A stretch of 64,000 nucleotides of DNA from Eisenibacter elegans DSM 3317 (lineage in GTDB: Bacteria; Bacteroidota; Bacteroidia; Cytophagales; Microscillaceae): the NCBI RefSeq assembly GCF_000430505.1, contig NZ_AUMD01000021.1:64001-128000 (forward strand), in the 5' to 3' direction. Position numbers and translations under genes: made by a program. Positions 29,799 through 40,256 of this stretch are shown piece by piece (within the stretch, counting starts at the first letter, position 1; the number at the start of each line of letters is the position of its first letter). A model generated the notes under the pieces. The model ran no database searches. It was not told where the DNA came from and saw only the letters and a list, made by a program, of their open reading frames with translations.

Positions 29799-30608
29799 TT
29801 ATCCTTTGGGGATAATCCCGCCCAAGACTTGTGCCCGTTTGCGGGCCTCTTCCAGCCCTTCGATGATGCTTTGGCGCAGGGCATCGGCCTCAAAACTTTT
29901 GAGGGCGGCCTCGGTAGTCCCTCCTTTGGAAGCCACCCGGCCAATCCACTCTTGGCAACTGAGGCTGCTGCGGTTTTCGAGGTGTACGGCTCCCATAAAT
30001 GTTTGGGTTACTAGTAGTTCGGCTTCGGTATGGCTAAAGCCCATTTGTTTGGCTGCCTGCATCATTGCATCCATAAAATAATAGACATAGGCAGGGCCGC
30101 TGCCTGAGATCGCCGTAACGGCATCGAGCTTGTGTTCTTCATCAAAGTAGAGCGACTTGCCCGTCGTATTGAGTAGGTTGTGCACATAGAGCAGCTCTTG
30201 GCGGCTCACAGAAGCATCAGCCGTAAAAGCAGTCATCCCCATCCCGATTTGTGCGGGCAGATTGGGCATCGCCCGAATGATTTTGGAAATGCCCAAGGCT
30301 TGTTGCAGGGTGAAGAGCTGCACACCGGCCATAATAGAAAGCACCAGCTGCTCGGGTTTGAGCCAGGGGCGTAGTTGGGCATAGAGCGAGGCGGTGTCTT
30401 GTGGTTTGACGGCCAGAATCAACAATCGAACTGCACTGACGGAAGCGTCGGCTTGCTGAATCACGTGGGGGAAACCCGCTTGGCGCAGCATATCAGCTTT
30501 TTCATCCGAATGCTCCAACAACAATAGGTCGTCTTTGGTAATGGCTTGCGATTGTAAGAAACTGTCTGCATAGGTCTTGCCCATACTGCCAACTCCGGCG
30601 ATAAGTAT
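29799..30608 (-). CDS. proC: Pyrroline-5-carboxylate reductase.
   Basis: It has a Rossmann N-terminus (MEILIAGVGSMG) and SGSGPAYVYYFMDAMMQAAKQMG. The ORF extends to 30662. Confidence 0.85.
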   Translation of the reverse strand: MLIAGVGSMGKTYADSFLQSQAITKDDLLLLEHSDEKADMLRQAGFPHVIQQADASVSAVRLLILAVKPQDTASLYAQLRPWLKPEQLVLSIMAGVQLFTLQQALGISKIIRAMPNLPAQIGMGMTAFTADASVSRQELLYVHNLLNTTGKSLYFDEEHKLDAVTAISGSGPAYVYYFMDAMMQAAKQMGFSHTEAELLVTQTFMGAVHLENRSSLSCQEWIGRVASKGGTTEAALKSFEADALRQSIIEGLEEARKRAQVLGGIIPKG

Positions 30609-30650
30609 TTCCATTGTAGTAATTAGATTTATGTTTGATAAAAGCTGCTC

Positions 30651-30720
30651 ATACCCAATCAAAAACAGTTTGGGAAGTGTGTGTGCTGGAAATTATTTCG
30701 CATCTAGCAAATCAAAGCTA
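30651..30720 (+). repeat. Family-A intergenic repeat, degenerate copy.
   Basis: The first half, atacccaatcaaaaacagtttgggaagtgt, is clear. The second half has diverged. Confidence 0.45.
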
Positions 30721-30745
30721 GCGCATTTCTACTGCTGACAACAGG

Positions 30746-31735
30746 CTATTTGAAAACCACTTCTTCTAAGAACTTTACCGTAGCTTCTTGTACTTTTTTG
30801 TACTGTGGGTTGGTATATTGCGAGGCGATGACGTGTGCTCCGGCATCGGGAAATGCTTGTGCACGTTTTTGGGACTTGGGGGTGGCGAGCATTTCAAACA
30901 TTTGCAAGGCAGCTTCTACCGAGACGGTCTGGTCTTGGTTTTCTTCGTCTTTATAATAATACCCCATAAAGCAGGGTTGAGTAACTTTAGAGAAGGTTTC
31001 TTCGGTCATCACTGCCTCTGCGAAGGAAGTCAAGGCAATCACTCCTTGGAGATGGTAATGTTGTGACCAATATTGGGCAATTTTGCCCGTGCCGTTATTT
31101 TGGATGTATTCGCCTTGAGCCATTGTTCCAATTTGTCTTCCCCAAGGGTTGTTGAGTAGGTGAATGTAAGGTTTTCGAAAGACTACCAAAGGAGAGTAGA
31201 GTACCAGCGCAGCCACTGCCTCGGGGGTTTGTGCGGCTAGGTGCAGGGCCAGTGCGCCTCCGGTAGAAGTACCGACTAGAATCACTTTTTCGCCCAGTTG
31301 TTGGCCGATGGCCAGCGCTTCGGCAGCCGAAGCGATCAGCTGCTCAGGGGTAAGTTGTTTCATCGCATCCTTATCGCCTTGGCCGTGGCCTGCTAGGCGC
31401 GCTAGGTAGAGGTTGCAGCCAAGTTGGGCGGCCAAGCGCCGATGTACAGGGTGGCCTTCGCCTTGGCTGGCCGAAAATCCGTGCAGATACACAATACTGT
31501 AAGGGGTTTTGCGGCGGGTGCTGTCTGCCCATACAATGCGTGCTTCGTTATCAGGCTTTAGGTTATATTGTGCTTCGTGTGCGGCTATCTGTTCTTCGAG
31601 CGCATCAAAGTCTGAGGGCTGTGCCGGCAGCTGTACCGTGATATCGGGCTTAGGAGGCTTGGGACCCATCAGATACCCAACACTAAGGCAGGAAAATAGG
31701 ATAACAAAAACGAGTAACAGGCGCTTGAAAGTCAT
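30746..31735 (-). CDS. Secreted alpha/beta hydrolase (esterase/lipase-like).
   Basis: It has a signal peptide, an HGF oxyanion motif, the GTSTGG nucleophile elbow, and is 329 aa. Confidence 0.75.
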   Translation of the reverse strand: MTFKRLLLVFVILFSCLSVGYLMGPKPPKPDITVQLPAQPSDFDALEEQIAAHEAQYNLKPDNEARIVWADSTRRKTPYSIVYLHGFSASQGEGHPVHRRLAAQLGCNLYLARLAGHGQGDKDAMKQLTPEQLIASAAEALAIGQQLGEKVILVGTSTGGALALHLAAQTPEAVAALVLYSPLVVFRKPYIHLLNNPWGRQIGTMAQGEYIQNNGTGKIAQYWSQHYHLQGVIALTSFAEAVMTEETFSKVTQPCFMGYYYKDEENQDQTVSVEAALQMFEMLATPKSQKRAQAFPDAGAHVIASQYTNPQYKKVQEATVKFLEEVVFK

Positions 31736-32220
31736 TGGGGTGTGTGGTTTGTTTTGGTGCGAAAAAGTACAAGTAGTTATTAGTTTTTAATTTTGATAGC
31801 TATTCAGGAGATTCAAATGCTTGATTATTAGATACTTGAAGGAAAATAGGTTTCAACTTTAGGAATTTGGCATAAATACAACTGCTTGATAATTAGTGAT
31901 TTATAAAATAAGCTTATTTAAAGCTGAACTATACAACAAAAGATAACTATTTGATAATAAGAGATTTACGGCAAATAATATCACCTAGGTAGTTACGTTT
32001 TATTGATTTGGTTTCGAGTGTTTAGTTGGTTTATTGATTTTTTAACATATTACACAATAAATATAAATTTTTATTTATAATTACAAATAGTTGTTTGAAT
32101 TAAGAGATTTCTTGAGGTGTGGTAGTTTTTTTAGAATATCAATGGCGCAAGTTAATCTTCATTGGAGATAGTCTAACACATTCATTAACAGACACGTGAA
32201 GGTATTTTGGCCTAAATAAT

Positions 32221-32655
32221 CTAAAACTCAGGAACTTTGGGCTTATGCGCTTGGTAGATGGTCGTTAGGCTTAGCAACAACAATACTAGCCACAGCCAAA
32301 CCCACCCAGCGACGAGCGCCCACGATGACCACTGGCTCCACAGCTGAAGCGCCTCCCCTGATAGCCAAGCCCACAGCCCAGCGCAGGGCACCAACAGCCA
32401 ACCCACCAACACACGAGGCCTGCCGATATTCCACAGGCACAATACCAAGACCAATATACTTAACCCAGCCCAGCCCAATAAAGCTAGGCTGCGCGGTAGA
32501 TGGTCGAGCGCTTCTGGGGAGACACCGAGCTCAAAAACACCCAAAAACACCCAAAAAAGCACCCACAGGCAAGCCAAAATACTGAGGAAGTTGAATGTCT
32601 GACGCATAACTCTTGAGCACAGCAGGAATAATGGCTGTGAGACCAAAACTAGCAA
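32221..32655 (-). CDS. Hypothetical Trp-rich integral membrane protein.
   Basis: This 144-aa protein is made almost entirely of hydrophobic helices. It sits in a GC-rich segment flanked by a strongly AT-rich spacer. The call is uncertain. Confidence 0.3.
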   Translation of the reverse strand: MLVLVSQPLFLLCSRVMRQTFNFLSILACLWVLFWVFLGVFELGVSPEALDHLPRSLALLGWAGLSILVLVLCLWNIGRPRVLVGWLLVPCAGLWAWLSGEALQLWSQWSSWALVAGWVWLWLVLLLLSLTTIYQAHKPKVPEF

Positions 32656-32796
32656 ATTATCATCGCAAGTACAAAAAATACTGCTTTCTGGCTGTTTGCC
32701 AAATATTTAATGTTCCTGTCGAATGTTGCGCCAGTAGTTAAACTTTTTCCTCACAGTAATTGTATATTTGTGAAAATATTAGTTACGAAAATCATT

Positions 32797-33934
32797 ATGA
32801 TTAACACCCATAACAAATTAGGCGTTTTTAGCCTGATAACATGCATAATATTATTACAGGCCTGTGGTGGCAAAGCCCCTCAAAAAGAGGCAGAAGAGCG
32901 CCTTGCCGTCATTAGTTTGAAAACCGTAGACACTCAAGTAAAACAGGAGTATGTAGCCGACATAGAGGCTGTCCAGAACGTGGAAGTACGCAATAAGGTA
33001 TCGGGCTTTATAGAAAAGATATTTGTAGACGAAGGGCAAAAAGTATCTCAAGGCCAAGTGCTATTCCAACTCAATGATTCGGAATACCGCGCTCAGCTGG
33101 CAACAGCTACCGCCAACCTACAAACACTCAAGGCTGAAGCCCAAGCCGCCAAGCTCGAAGTAGACCGTATCCAGCAATTGGTAGATAAGAAGGTCGTCTC
33201 GAACACAGAGTTGGCGATGGCGCAAGCCAAAATGGCCGCCGCACAGGCCAAAGTAGCAGAAGCACAATCGCTGGCCGACCAAGCTGCGCTCCGCCTTTCG
33301 CATACCATCATCAAAGCACCTTTTGATGGCACTATCGACCGTATCCCCTTCAAGCAGGGTAGCCTCTTACAAGATGGCACACTCCTGACGACCATCTCCT
33401 CATTGGGAGCAGTATATGCATACTTCAAAGTATCTGAAGCCCAATACCTGCACTATATGCGCCGCCTCAAAAAAGAAGGCGATAACAACATCAATACCGT
33501 AGAACTGTTGTTGGCTGATGGAACAATCTATGAATACAAAGGGCAAATCGAAACCTTAGAAGGTGATTTTGAAAGCAGCACCGGTTCGATTGCTTTCAGA
33601 GCCAAATTCCCCAACCCTGACCACCTCCTCCGCCACAATGCCACCGGCAAGGTCATCATCACGACCCCTGTCGACAAGGCGCTGGTAGTGCCACAACGTG
33701 CCGTATTCGAAATCCAAGACAAGAGCTATGTCTTTGTCCTAGGGGTCAGACAACAAGGTACAGTCGCGGGCTTTTGTCCCCCAGCAGCGCCTGCCCAATT
33801 TTTATTTGGTGGCCTCAGGCCTCAAACCCGGCGACAAAATCCTCTATGAGGGCATCCAAAAAGTGCGCGACGGCGATGTGGTCATCCCCAAAGCCGCCAA
33901 TCTCGATAGCCTCTACCAAAGCATCAGCCGATAA
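32797..33934 (+). CDS. Efflux RND transporter periplasmic adaptor (membrane fusion protein), interrupted by a +1 frameshift at a G4 run (33742-33745).
   Basis: It has the lipoprotein signal MINTHNKLGVFSLITCIILLQAC, a coiled-coil hairpin and the HlyD/AcrA pattern. Frame A ends prematurely with ...GVRQQGTVAGFCPPAAPAQF. The +1 frame encodes the expected C-terminus ...SDNKVQSRAFVPQQRLPNFYLVASGLKPGDKILYEGIQKVRDGDVVIPK, stopping at 33934. Confidence 0.8.
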
Positions 33935-33975
33935 CCAGTACTTCCAACTGACTTAAACATTATCATCACGCCTTT

Positions 33976-36900
33976 ATGGTAGATACTTTCATCAAGCGGC
34001 CAATCCTGTCATTGGTCATCTCGCTCTTTTTTGTCCTTTTGGGATTGCTGGCATTGATTACATTGCCTGTTACCCAATTCCCAGACATCGCCCCGCCCTC
34101 TGTTACAGTTACGGCCAAATACAATGGCGCAAACGCCGAAGTAGCGATGAAGGCCGTCGCCACAACACTCGAACGCGCCATCAACGGTGTACCCGGAATG
34201 ACCTATATGACCACCGTGGTCAGCAACAACGGTGTTACCCTGATACAAGTCTATTTTCAGGTAGGAACAGATCCTGATGTGGCTGCCGTAAGTGTCCAAA
34301 ACCGTGTAGCTACTGTTATTGATGAGCTGCCCGAAGAGGTAATACGCGCCGGAGTGAGCACCGAGAAAGAGGTCAACAGTATGTTGATGTACCTCAACAT
34401 CACCCACGAAGACACGACGGTAGACGAAAAATTCATCTACAATTTCACCGATATTAATATCCTCCAAGAGCTTAAAAGGATTGATGGGGTAGGTTTTTGC
34501 GAAATCTTAGGCTCGCGGGAGTATGCCATCCGTGTGTGGCTCAAGCCTGATAGGTTGGTGGCTTACAAACTTGATGCAGAAGAGGTAATTGCGGCCATAC
34601 GCGCCCAAAACATCGAGGCCGCCCCCGGCAAAACCGGCGAAAGCTCAGCTCGGGCACCACAAATCAAGGAGTATGTACTCAAATATACCGGTAAGCTCAC
34701 CAAGCCCGAAGAGTATGCCAATATCGTAATCAGAGCTGATGAAGATGGATCTATCTTGCGCCTCAAGGATGTAGCCGAAATAGAACTAGGCTCTGTTACT
34801 TACAATATGATGTCAGAAACTGATGGACAACCTTCGGCCTCGATTATGATTAAGCAGCGCCCGGGGTCTAACGCTTCCGAGGTAATCCAGAACGTAAAAG
34901 ACCGGATGGCCGAGCTCAAGGCCACCAAGTTTCCGGCAGGGGTAGATTATAGCCTCTCCTACGATGTGTCGCGCTTTTTGGATGCCTCTATCCACGAGGT
35001 AATCAAGACCTTGATTGAGGCTTTCTTGCTGGTATTCTTGGTTGTGTTTATCTTCTTACAAGACATTCGCGCCACCGTCATCTCGGCGCTGGCGGTGCCA
35101 GTGGCCTTGATTGGTACTTTGGCATGTATGCAGCTGATGGGTTTTTCTATCAATATGCTGACACTTTTTGCCCTTGTACTGGCCATCGGGATTGTGGTCG
35201 ATAATGCCATTGTGGTGGTGGAGGCTGTCCACGCCACCATGCTCACCCGGCACGTATCGGCCTACGAGGCAACCTTTATCGCGATGCGCGAAATCACGGC
35301 GGCTATCATCGCCATTACCTTGGTGATGTCTGCCGTATTTGTACCGGTGGCTTTCCTCTCCGGCCCTGTAGGGGTATTTTATCGGCAGTTTTCCTTGACC
35401 TTGGCTTTTGCCATCGTCATCTCGGGTATCAACGCCCTGACCCTTGCGCCCGCACTTTGTGCCCTTTGGATGAAAAACACCCACGGCGAGCCACCCAAGC
35501 GCAATCTCCTTGCCCGTTTCTTGCGCGGCTTCGACCGCCAGTATATGAAGGTGGAAAATGGGTATCGCCAAACCGTGATACAGTTGGCCGGGCGCAAGCT
35601 GGTAACGGCCTTGGTCTTGGTGGCCTTTGTCGTGGGCACGGGGCTGATGAGCCAAATACTACCTACAGGCTTTATTCCGAATGAAGACCAAGGGATGATT
35701 TATGTCGATGTGGTGTCGCCTGCCGGCGCTACGCTGGAGCGCAGTGCCGAAACCCTCCGCAAAATCCAACAAGTGGCTGCCCAACTCGAAGAGGTGGAGT
35801 CGGTCTCTACCCTGGCGGGTTTCAGTTTGTTGACCGAGGCCAATGGTGCTTCTTATGGGATGGGAATGATTAACCTCAAACCTTGGGACGAGCGCGAGCT
35901 CACCGACGAAGCCCTGATGCAGGTCTTGCGCGAAAAAACCAAGGACTTGGGCGAAGCCAATATCGAATATTTTGCCCCACCTGCCGTACCGGGCTTTGGG
36001 AATGCCGGCGGTTTTGAGCTGCGCCTCACAGACCAAACCGGCCTCCTTGATCTCAACAAGACCGCCGAGGTTACCCAACAATTCTTAGAAGCCCTGCGCA
36101 AACGCAAAGAGATTGCCGGTGCTTTTACGAGTTTCGATGCCAGTTTCCCACAATACCTCATACACCTCGACCCGGCCTTGGTAGCCAAAAAGGGGCTGAC
36201 TGTGGAGAAAGCGATGGACAACCTACAGGTGCTCATCGGAAGTTTTTATGCTACCAATTTTGTGCGCTTTGGGCAAATGTACAAGGTGATGCTACAGGCC
36301 TCGCCAGAGTACCGCCTCAAACCCGAAGACCTGATGCAGCTCTATGTCAAAAACAATCAGGGAGAAATGGTCTCTTATGCCACTTTTGCCCGGATGGAGC
36401 GCGTCTATGGCCCTGAGCAAATCACCCGCTACAATATGTATGTAGCCGCAATGATCAACGGAGATGCAGCCAAAGGCTACAGCAGTGGGGAGGCGATTAA
36501 GGCCGTAGAAGCGGTGGCCAAAGAGGTATTGCCCAAGGGCTACAGCATCGAATGGTCGGGGATGACACGGGAGGAAATCCTTTCTGGCAATCAAACCATC
36601 TATATTTTTGCCATCTGTTTGCTGTTTGTGTACCTCATCTTAGCCGCACAATACGAGAGCTTTGCCCTTCCGATGGCCGTATTGTTGTCTTTGCCAGTAG
36701 GGGTGTTCGGAACCTACTTTTTCCTACAAATCACCGGGCTGCAAAATAATATCTACGCCCAAGTGGCTCTGGTAATGCTCATCGGCTTGTTGGGCAAAAA
36801 CGCCATTCTGATTGTAGAGTTTGCTATGCAGCAGCAACAAAAGAAACAGATATCGGCCTTTGAAGCTGCTGTAGAAGGAGCTACTTTGCGTTTACGCCCT

Positions 36901-37143
36901 ATCCTGATGACCTCGTTTGCCTTTATTGCCGGGATGATTCCGCTTTGCCTCGCCTCTGGCGCAGGGGCTTTGGGGAATAAATCAATCGGAGTGGCCGCCG
37001 CCGGAGGGATGCTCATCGGCACGGTCATCGGGGTGTTCCTCATTCCCGGGCTGTATGTCATCTTTGCCGAGCTAGGCAAGAAACGCAATGCCTCCGCTGC
37101 CGATATAGTGCCCGAAACAACCCTAACAGAAACCAACGCTTAA
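33976..37143 (+). CDS. Efflux RND transporter permease (AcrB/HAE1 family).
   Basis: The 1055-aa protein has 12 TM helices with two large periplasmic loops. It starts MVDTFIKRPILS; VVDNAIVVVE is a characteristic RND motif. Confidence 0.95.
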   Translation: MVDTFIKRPILSLVISLFFVLLGLLALITLPVTQFPDIAPPSVTVTAKYNGANAEVAMKAVATTLERAINGVPGMTYMTTVVSNNGVTLIQVYFQVGTDPDVAAVSVQNRVATVIDELPEEVIRAGVSTEKEVNSMLMYLNITHEDTTVDEKFIYNFTDINILQELKRIDGVGFCEILGSREYAIRVWLKPDRLVAYKLDAEEVIAAIRAQNIEAAPGKTGESSARAPQIKEYVLKYTGKLTKPEEYANIVIRADEDGSILRLKDVAEIELGSVTYNMMSETDGQPSASIMIKQRPGSNASEVIQNVKDRMAELKATKFPAGVDYSLSYDVSRFLDASIHEVIKTLIEAFLLVFLVVFIFLQDIRATVISALAVPVALIGTLACMQLMGFSINMLTLFALVLAIGIVVDNAIVVVEAVHATMLTRHVSAYEATFIAMREITAAIIAITLVMSAVFVPVAFLSGPVGVFYRQFSLTLAFAIVISGINALTLAPALCALWMKNTHGEPPKRNLLARFLRGFDRQYMKVENGYRQTVIQLAGRKLVTALVLVAFVVGTGLMSQILPTGFIPNEDQGMIYVDVVSPAGATLERSAETLRKIQQVAAQLEEVESVSTLAGFSLLTEANGASYGMGMINLKPWDERELTDEALMQVLREKTKDLGEANIEYFAPPAVPGFGNAGGFELRLTDQTGLLDLNKTAEVTQQFLEALRKRKEIAGAFTSFDASFPQYLIHLDPALVAKKGLTVEKAMDNLQVLIGSFYATNFVRFGQMYKVMLQASPEYRLKPEDLMQLYVKNNQGEMVSYATFARMERVYGPEQITRYNMYVAAMINGDAAKGYSSGEAIKAVEAVAKEVLPKGYSIEWSGMTREEILSGNQTIYIFAICLLFVYLILAAQYESFALPMAVLLSLPVGVFGTYFFLQITGLQNNIYAQVALVMLIGLLGKNAILIVEFAMQQQQKKQISAFEAAVEGATLRLRPILMTSFAFIAGMIPLCLASGAGALGNKSIGVAAAGGMLIGTVIGVFLIPGLYVIFAELGKKRNASAADIVPETTLTETNA

Positions 37144-37164
37144 CGCTTTTTTGATTCCCAAAAA

Positions 37165-38634
37165 ATGTCATTCAGACTTCCAAAATCAATTATAGCCCCC
37201 ATATTGGGGCTGTTGTTGATGGGCTTGCAGCTGTTTAGCGCTTGCAACAGCTTCAGACCCATCACCCTCGACACCGCCACTCTCAGCACGCCCGAGCGGT
37301 ACGGCGATCGTGCGGCGGCCGATACCAGCAATACCCTTGGTGCGCGCCCTTGGGAGGAGTTTTTTACAGACTCCGCCCTCAAAGCACTGATTGCGGAGGC
37401 GCTGCGCAACAACCAAGACCTGCGCATTGCCCAACAGCGCATCTTGCAAGCACAAGCCCAACTACAGTTTGCCAAGGGCATTCGCCGCCCTACACTCGAT
37501 GCCTTGGCTGTTGCCGGAGTTACCCGTTTCGGTGATTTCACCATCGACGGAGTCGGTAATTTTGATACCAATTTCTCCCCCAATGTTACGGGCAGCCGTG
37601 TGATTCCCAACCCTGTCCCTGATTTCTTCTTGGGCTTTCGTAGTAGCTGGGAAATAGACATCTGGGGCAAGTGGGGCGCAGCCAAAAAATCAGCCCAAGC
37701 GCGCTTGTTGGCCTCTCAAGAAGTACAAAACCTCAGCACTACCGAAGTAGTAGCACAGGTAGCTTCGGCCTACTATGAGCTGATGGCCTTGGACGAGGAG
37801 CTGGCCGTAATCAATCGCAACATCGCCCTACAAGAGAGCTTGCTACAGCTCATCCGCATTCAAAAAGAAGGGGGCAATGTAACGGCGCTTTCCGTACAAC
37901 AGGCCGAAGCCCAACTCTACAATACCCAAAGCCTGGCCTTTGGCCTCCAGCAGCAGATTGTGGTGCTCGAAAACTACCTCAACTACTTGCTAGGTCGCTT
38001 TCCTCAGCCCATTGCCCGCAGCCAAGGGTTTATGGCCCAAGCCCTGCCCGATTTGGGCAATATAGGCAGCCCCGAACAGCTGGTGATGCGCCGCCCCGAC
38101 ATCCGCCAGGCCTTGTTGTTGCTCAATGCCAATGAAGCCGAGCTGCGTATGGCACAGTTGGCCTTCTTGCCGGCACTCAACCTCCAAGCCCAAGCCGGCT
38201 ACAATGCCTTCCGAGGAGAGGTGCTTTTCAACACCCCGGCCTCCTTGGCTTACAATGCCTTTGCCGGACTGATAGCGCCTTTGCTCAACCGATACCAGCT
38301 AAAAGTACAAAAAAGTGTGAGCAAGGCCGAGGCCGAAATCGCCGCCCTACAGGTACAACAAACCTTGTTGCAAGCCTACGCCGAAGTGCTTAACCAGCGC
38401 CAACTCATTGACAACCTCGCCGCCGTAGAACGCCTCCGCCAACAAGAGGTGCAGGTGCTCAATCAGGCCGTTACGACCTCACAAGACCTCTTCGTAACCG
38501 GATATGCCAGCTACCTAGAGGTGATTGTGGCGCAAAAAAGTGTGCTCGAAGCACAAATGAGCTTCGTCGATATTCGCAAACAACAATTCCAAGGGTACAT
38601 ACAGCTCTACCGAGCGCTCGGCGGGGGCTGGTAA
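37165..38634 (+). CDS. Efflux transporter outer-membrane factor lipoprotein (TolC/NodT family).
   Basis: It has the lipobox LFSAC, two tandem OEP repeats with coiled-coil alpha-barrel composition, and is 489 aa. It is the third gene of the MFP-RND-OMF operon. Confidence 0.85.
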   Translation: MSFRLPKSIIAPILGLLLMGLQLFSACNSFRPITLDTATLSTPERYGDRAAADTSNTLGARPWEEFFTDSALKALIAEALRNNQDLRIAQQRILQAQAQLQFAKGIRRPTLDALAVAGVTRFGDFTIDGVGNFDTNFSPNVTGSRVIPNPVPDFFLGFRSSWEIDIWGKWGAAKKSAQARLLASQEVQNLSTTEVVAQVASAYYELMALDEELAVINRNIALQESLLQLIRIQKEGGNVTALSVQQAEAQLYNTQSLAFGLQQQIVVLENYLNYLLGRFPQPIARSQGFMAQALPDLGNIGSPEQLVMRRPDIRQALLLLNANEAELRMAQLAFLPALNLQAQAGYNAFRGEVLFNTPASLAYNAFAGLIAPLLNRYQLKVQKSVSKAEAEIAALQVQQTLLQAYAEVLNQRQLIDNLAAVERLRQQEVQVLNQAVTTSQDLFVTGYASYLEVIVAQKSVLEAQMSFVDIRKQQFQGYIQLYRALGGGW

Positions 38635-38667
38635 ACCTATAATCAGCCTATTGACTAGCATCAATAA

Positions 38668-38700
38668 ACCCCGCCAACTCCTAAAAAGTGGCGGGGTTTG
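38668..38700. terminator. Bidirectional rho-independent terminator after the efflux operon.
   Basis: The hairpin is accccgcca (actcctaaaaag) tggcggggt followed by ttgtg. An A/T run precedes it, giving a tail on the minus strand as well. Confidence 0.6.
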
Positions 38701-38772
38701 TGATATGGGGGAATCTGTTGTTGGAATGGATGTTATATTTTGAGCAATATGAAGCAGCGGCTGAGGGGACGC

Positions 38773-39396
38773 TTAATTCCCATCGCCTCCGAAGGTCTTG
38801 ATGCCTTCTTCAAACTCGTCTTTGCGGCGGCGCTTAGGCCCTTCATCCTTATTTTTTTGTTGGGCTTCTAGGTTTTTAGCATCCTTGGCTTCGTTTTTGG
38901 CGGCTAGGCGCTCCTGCTTGGCTTGCTCTTTTTTGCGTTTGGCTTGCAGGCGTTGGTCGTAGGCGCGGTTACGTTCGCGGTTGATTTGTACATACCGGCG
39001 GTGTTTCTGCACCTCGCGCTCGTCTATAGGCCTAAACTTTCCTATGGGCGCTTGTTGTGCGTCATAGGCTGTTGTTTTTTTGCGGAAAGTAAAATAAAAC
39101 CAAGGCAAGCCACGATACATCTTGTAGGGCGATTCGGCATTGGCCCGCCCCTGACCCAGTTCCATTCCTGTGAGGTTGGCATCCCGGTTGGCACGGCGTG
39201 ATTGGCGTTTGTTCAAGCCCACGGTATTCTTCGTAACCACTGCGATTTCTTTGCCATATTTGGGGTGGGTATGGTCTACCAAAATACCACAAGAGGGGAT
39301 ACGGCAGCGAGGGGGCAAGCACCCAGTCAACAATACTGCGGCCAACAACAGGTATATACTTGGGCGTAAGGAGCGGGGTATCAGTGTATACAACAT
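38773..39396 (-). CDS. Hypothetical lipoprotein with a Lys/Arg/Glu-rich C-terminal tail.
   Basis: The lipoprotein signal is MLYTLIPRSLRPSIYLLLAAVLLTGC. The C-terminus (KRKKEQAKQERLAAKNEAKDAKNLEAQQKNK) is highly charged. The ORF extends to 39522. Confidence 0.45.
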   Translation of the reverse strand: MLYTLIPRSLRPSIYLLLAAVLLTGCLPPRCRIPSCGILVDHTHPKYGKEIAVVTKNTVGLNKRQSRRANRDANLTGMELGQGRANAESPYKMYRGLPWFYFTFRKKTTAYDAQQAPIGKFRPIDEREVQKHRRYVQINRERNRAYDQRLQAKRKKEQAKQERLAAKNEAKDAKNLEAQQKNKDEGPKRRRKDEFEEGIKTFGGDGN

Positions 39397-39575
39397 AAGA
39401 CTTAGGGCTGTTTGTGGTGAATAGCGATGAGGGTTTATAGGCTTGGTCAAAAAGCATACCGTATCCATAACGACAGGTTGTTTGCTTGAGGTATAAGCAT
39501 TACCTTTGGTAAAGTTAAGCATACATTTTCAGAACGTAGTACTATAGGGCTACGTTCTGTGTCCAGCGAGTTTGT

Positions 39576-40256
39576 TTGCCAATGAAGTTTGCCCTGAAAG
39601 TTTGTGGGATGCGTTCTCCCGAAAACATCACCAACGTGATAAGCGCTGCCGCGCCACAGTACTTAGGCCTGATTTTTTACCCCAAATCGCCTCGGTTTGT
39701 CCCCCTCTCAGAGGCGGCGGCGCTTTCTGCCCTTGATTTTGGTGGGGTAAAGAAGGTCGGGGTTTTTGTCAATGCGGCAGAGGCCACCATCATCGAGCAC
39801 CAAGCTGCTTTTGGGCTGGAGCTTGTTCAGCTTCACGGCCAAGAGTCTTCCGATTTTTGTGCTCGCTTGCGGGCTTTATTGCCCCAATCTTGTAATATTT
39901 TGAAGGCTTGGGGGCCGACCCCTGATACTGATTGGCAGGCCTTGGCCGCCTATGAGCCATACATAGTTGCTTTTTTGTTTGACACGCCCTCGGCTCAACA
40001 CGGTGGCACAGGAAGGCGGTTTGATTGGTCGATATTGCAAGACTACCCTCTCAAAACACCTTTCTGGTTGAGTGGTGGGTTAGATTTGGACAATATCGCG
40101 GAGGCCTTGTTATTGGCCCAACAACAACGCTGGCCGCTTCAGGGGCTAGATGTCAACAGCCGCTTTGAGTTGGCTCCTGCACTCAAAAACACCGAGTTGT
40201 TGGCACAATTGCGCCAACAACTTGATACCTTTCATACTACCGAAGCGCAAAACTGA
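39576..40256 (+). CDS. trpF: Phosphoribosylanthranilate isomerase.
   Basis: It has KVCGM, GLIFYPKSPR and VQLHG, is 226 aa, and has a TIM-barrel PRAI pattern. Confidence 0.75.
   Translation: MPMKFALKVCGMRSPENITNVISAAAPQYLGLIFYPKSPRFVPLSEAAALSALDFGGVKKVGVFVNAAEATIIEHQAAFGLELVQLHGQESSDFCARLRALLPQSCNILKAWGPTPDTDWQALAAYEPYIVAFLFDTPSAQHGGTGRRFDWSILQDYPLKTPFWLSGGLDLDNIAEALLLAQQQRWPLQGLDVNSRFELAPALKNTELLAQLRQQLDTFHTTEAQN

Noticed and set aside
34009-37136. Multiple antisense ORFs inside the RND permease gene (for example 35056-35655 and 35659-36081).
   Set aside because: They are shadow ORFs inside a 1055-aa conserved transporter and have no independent signal.
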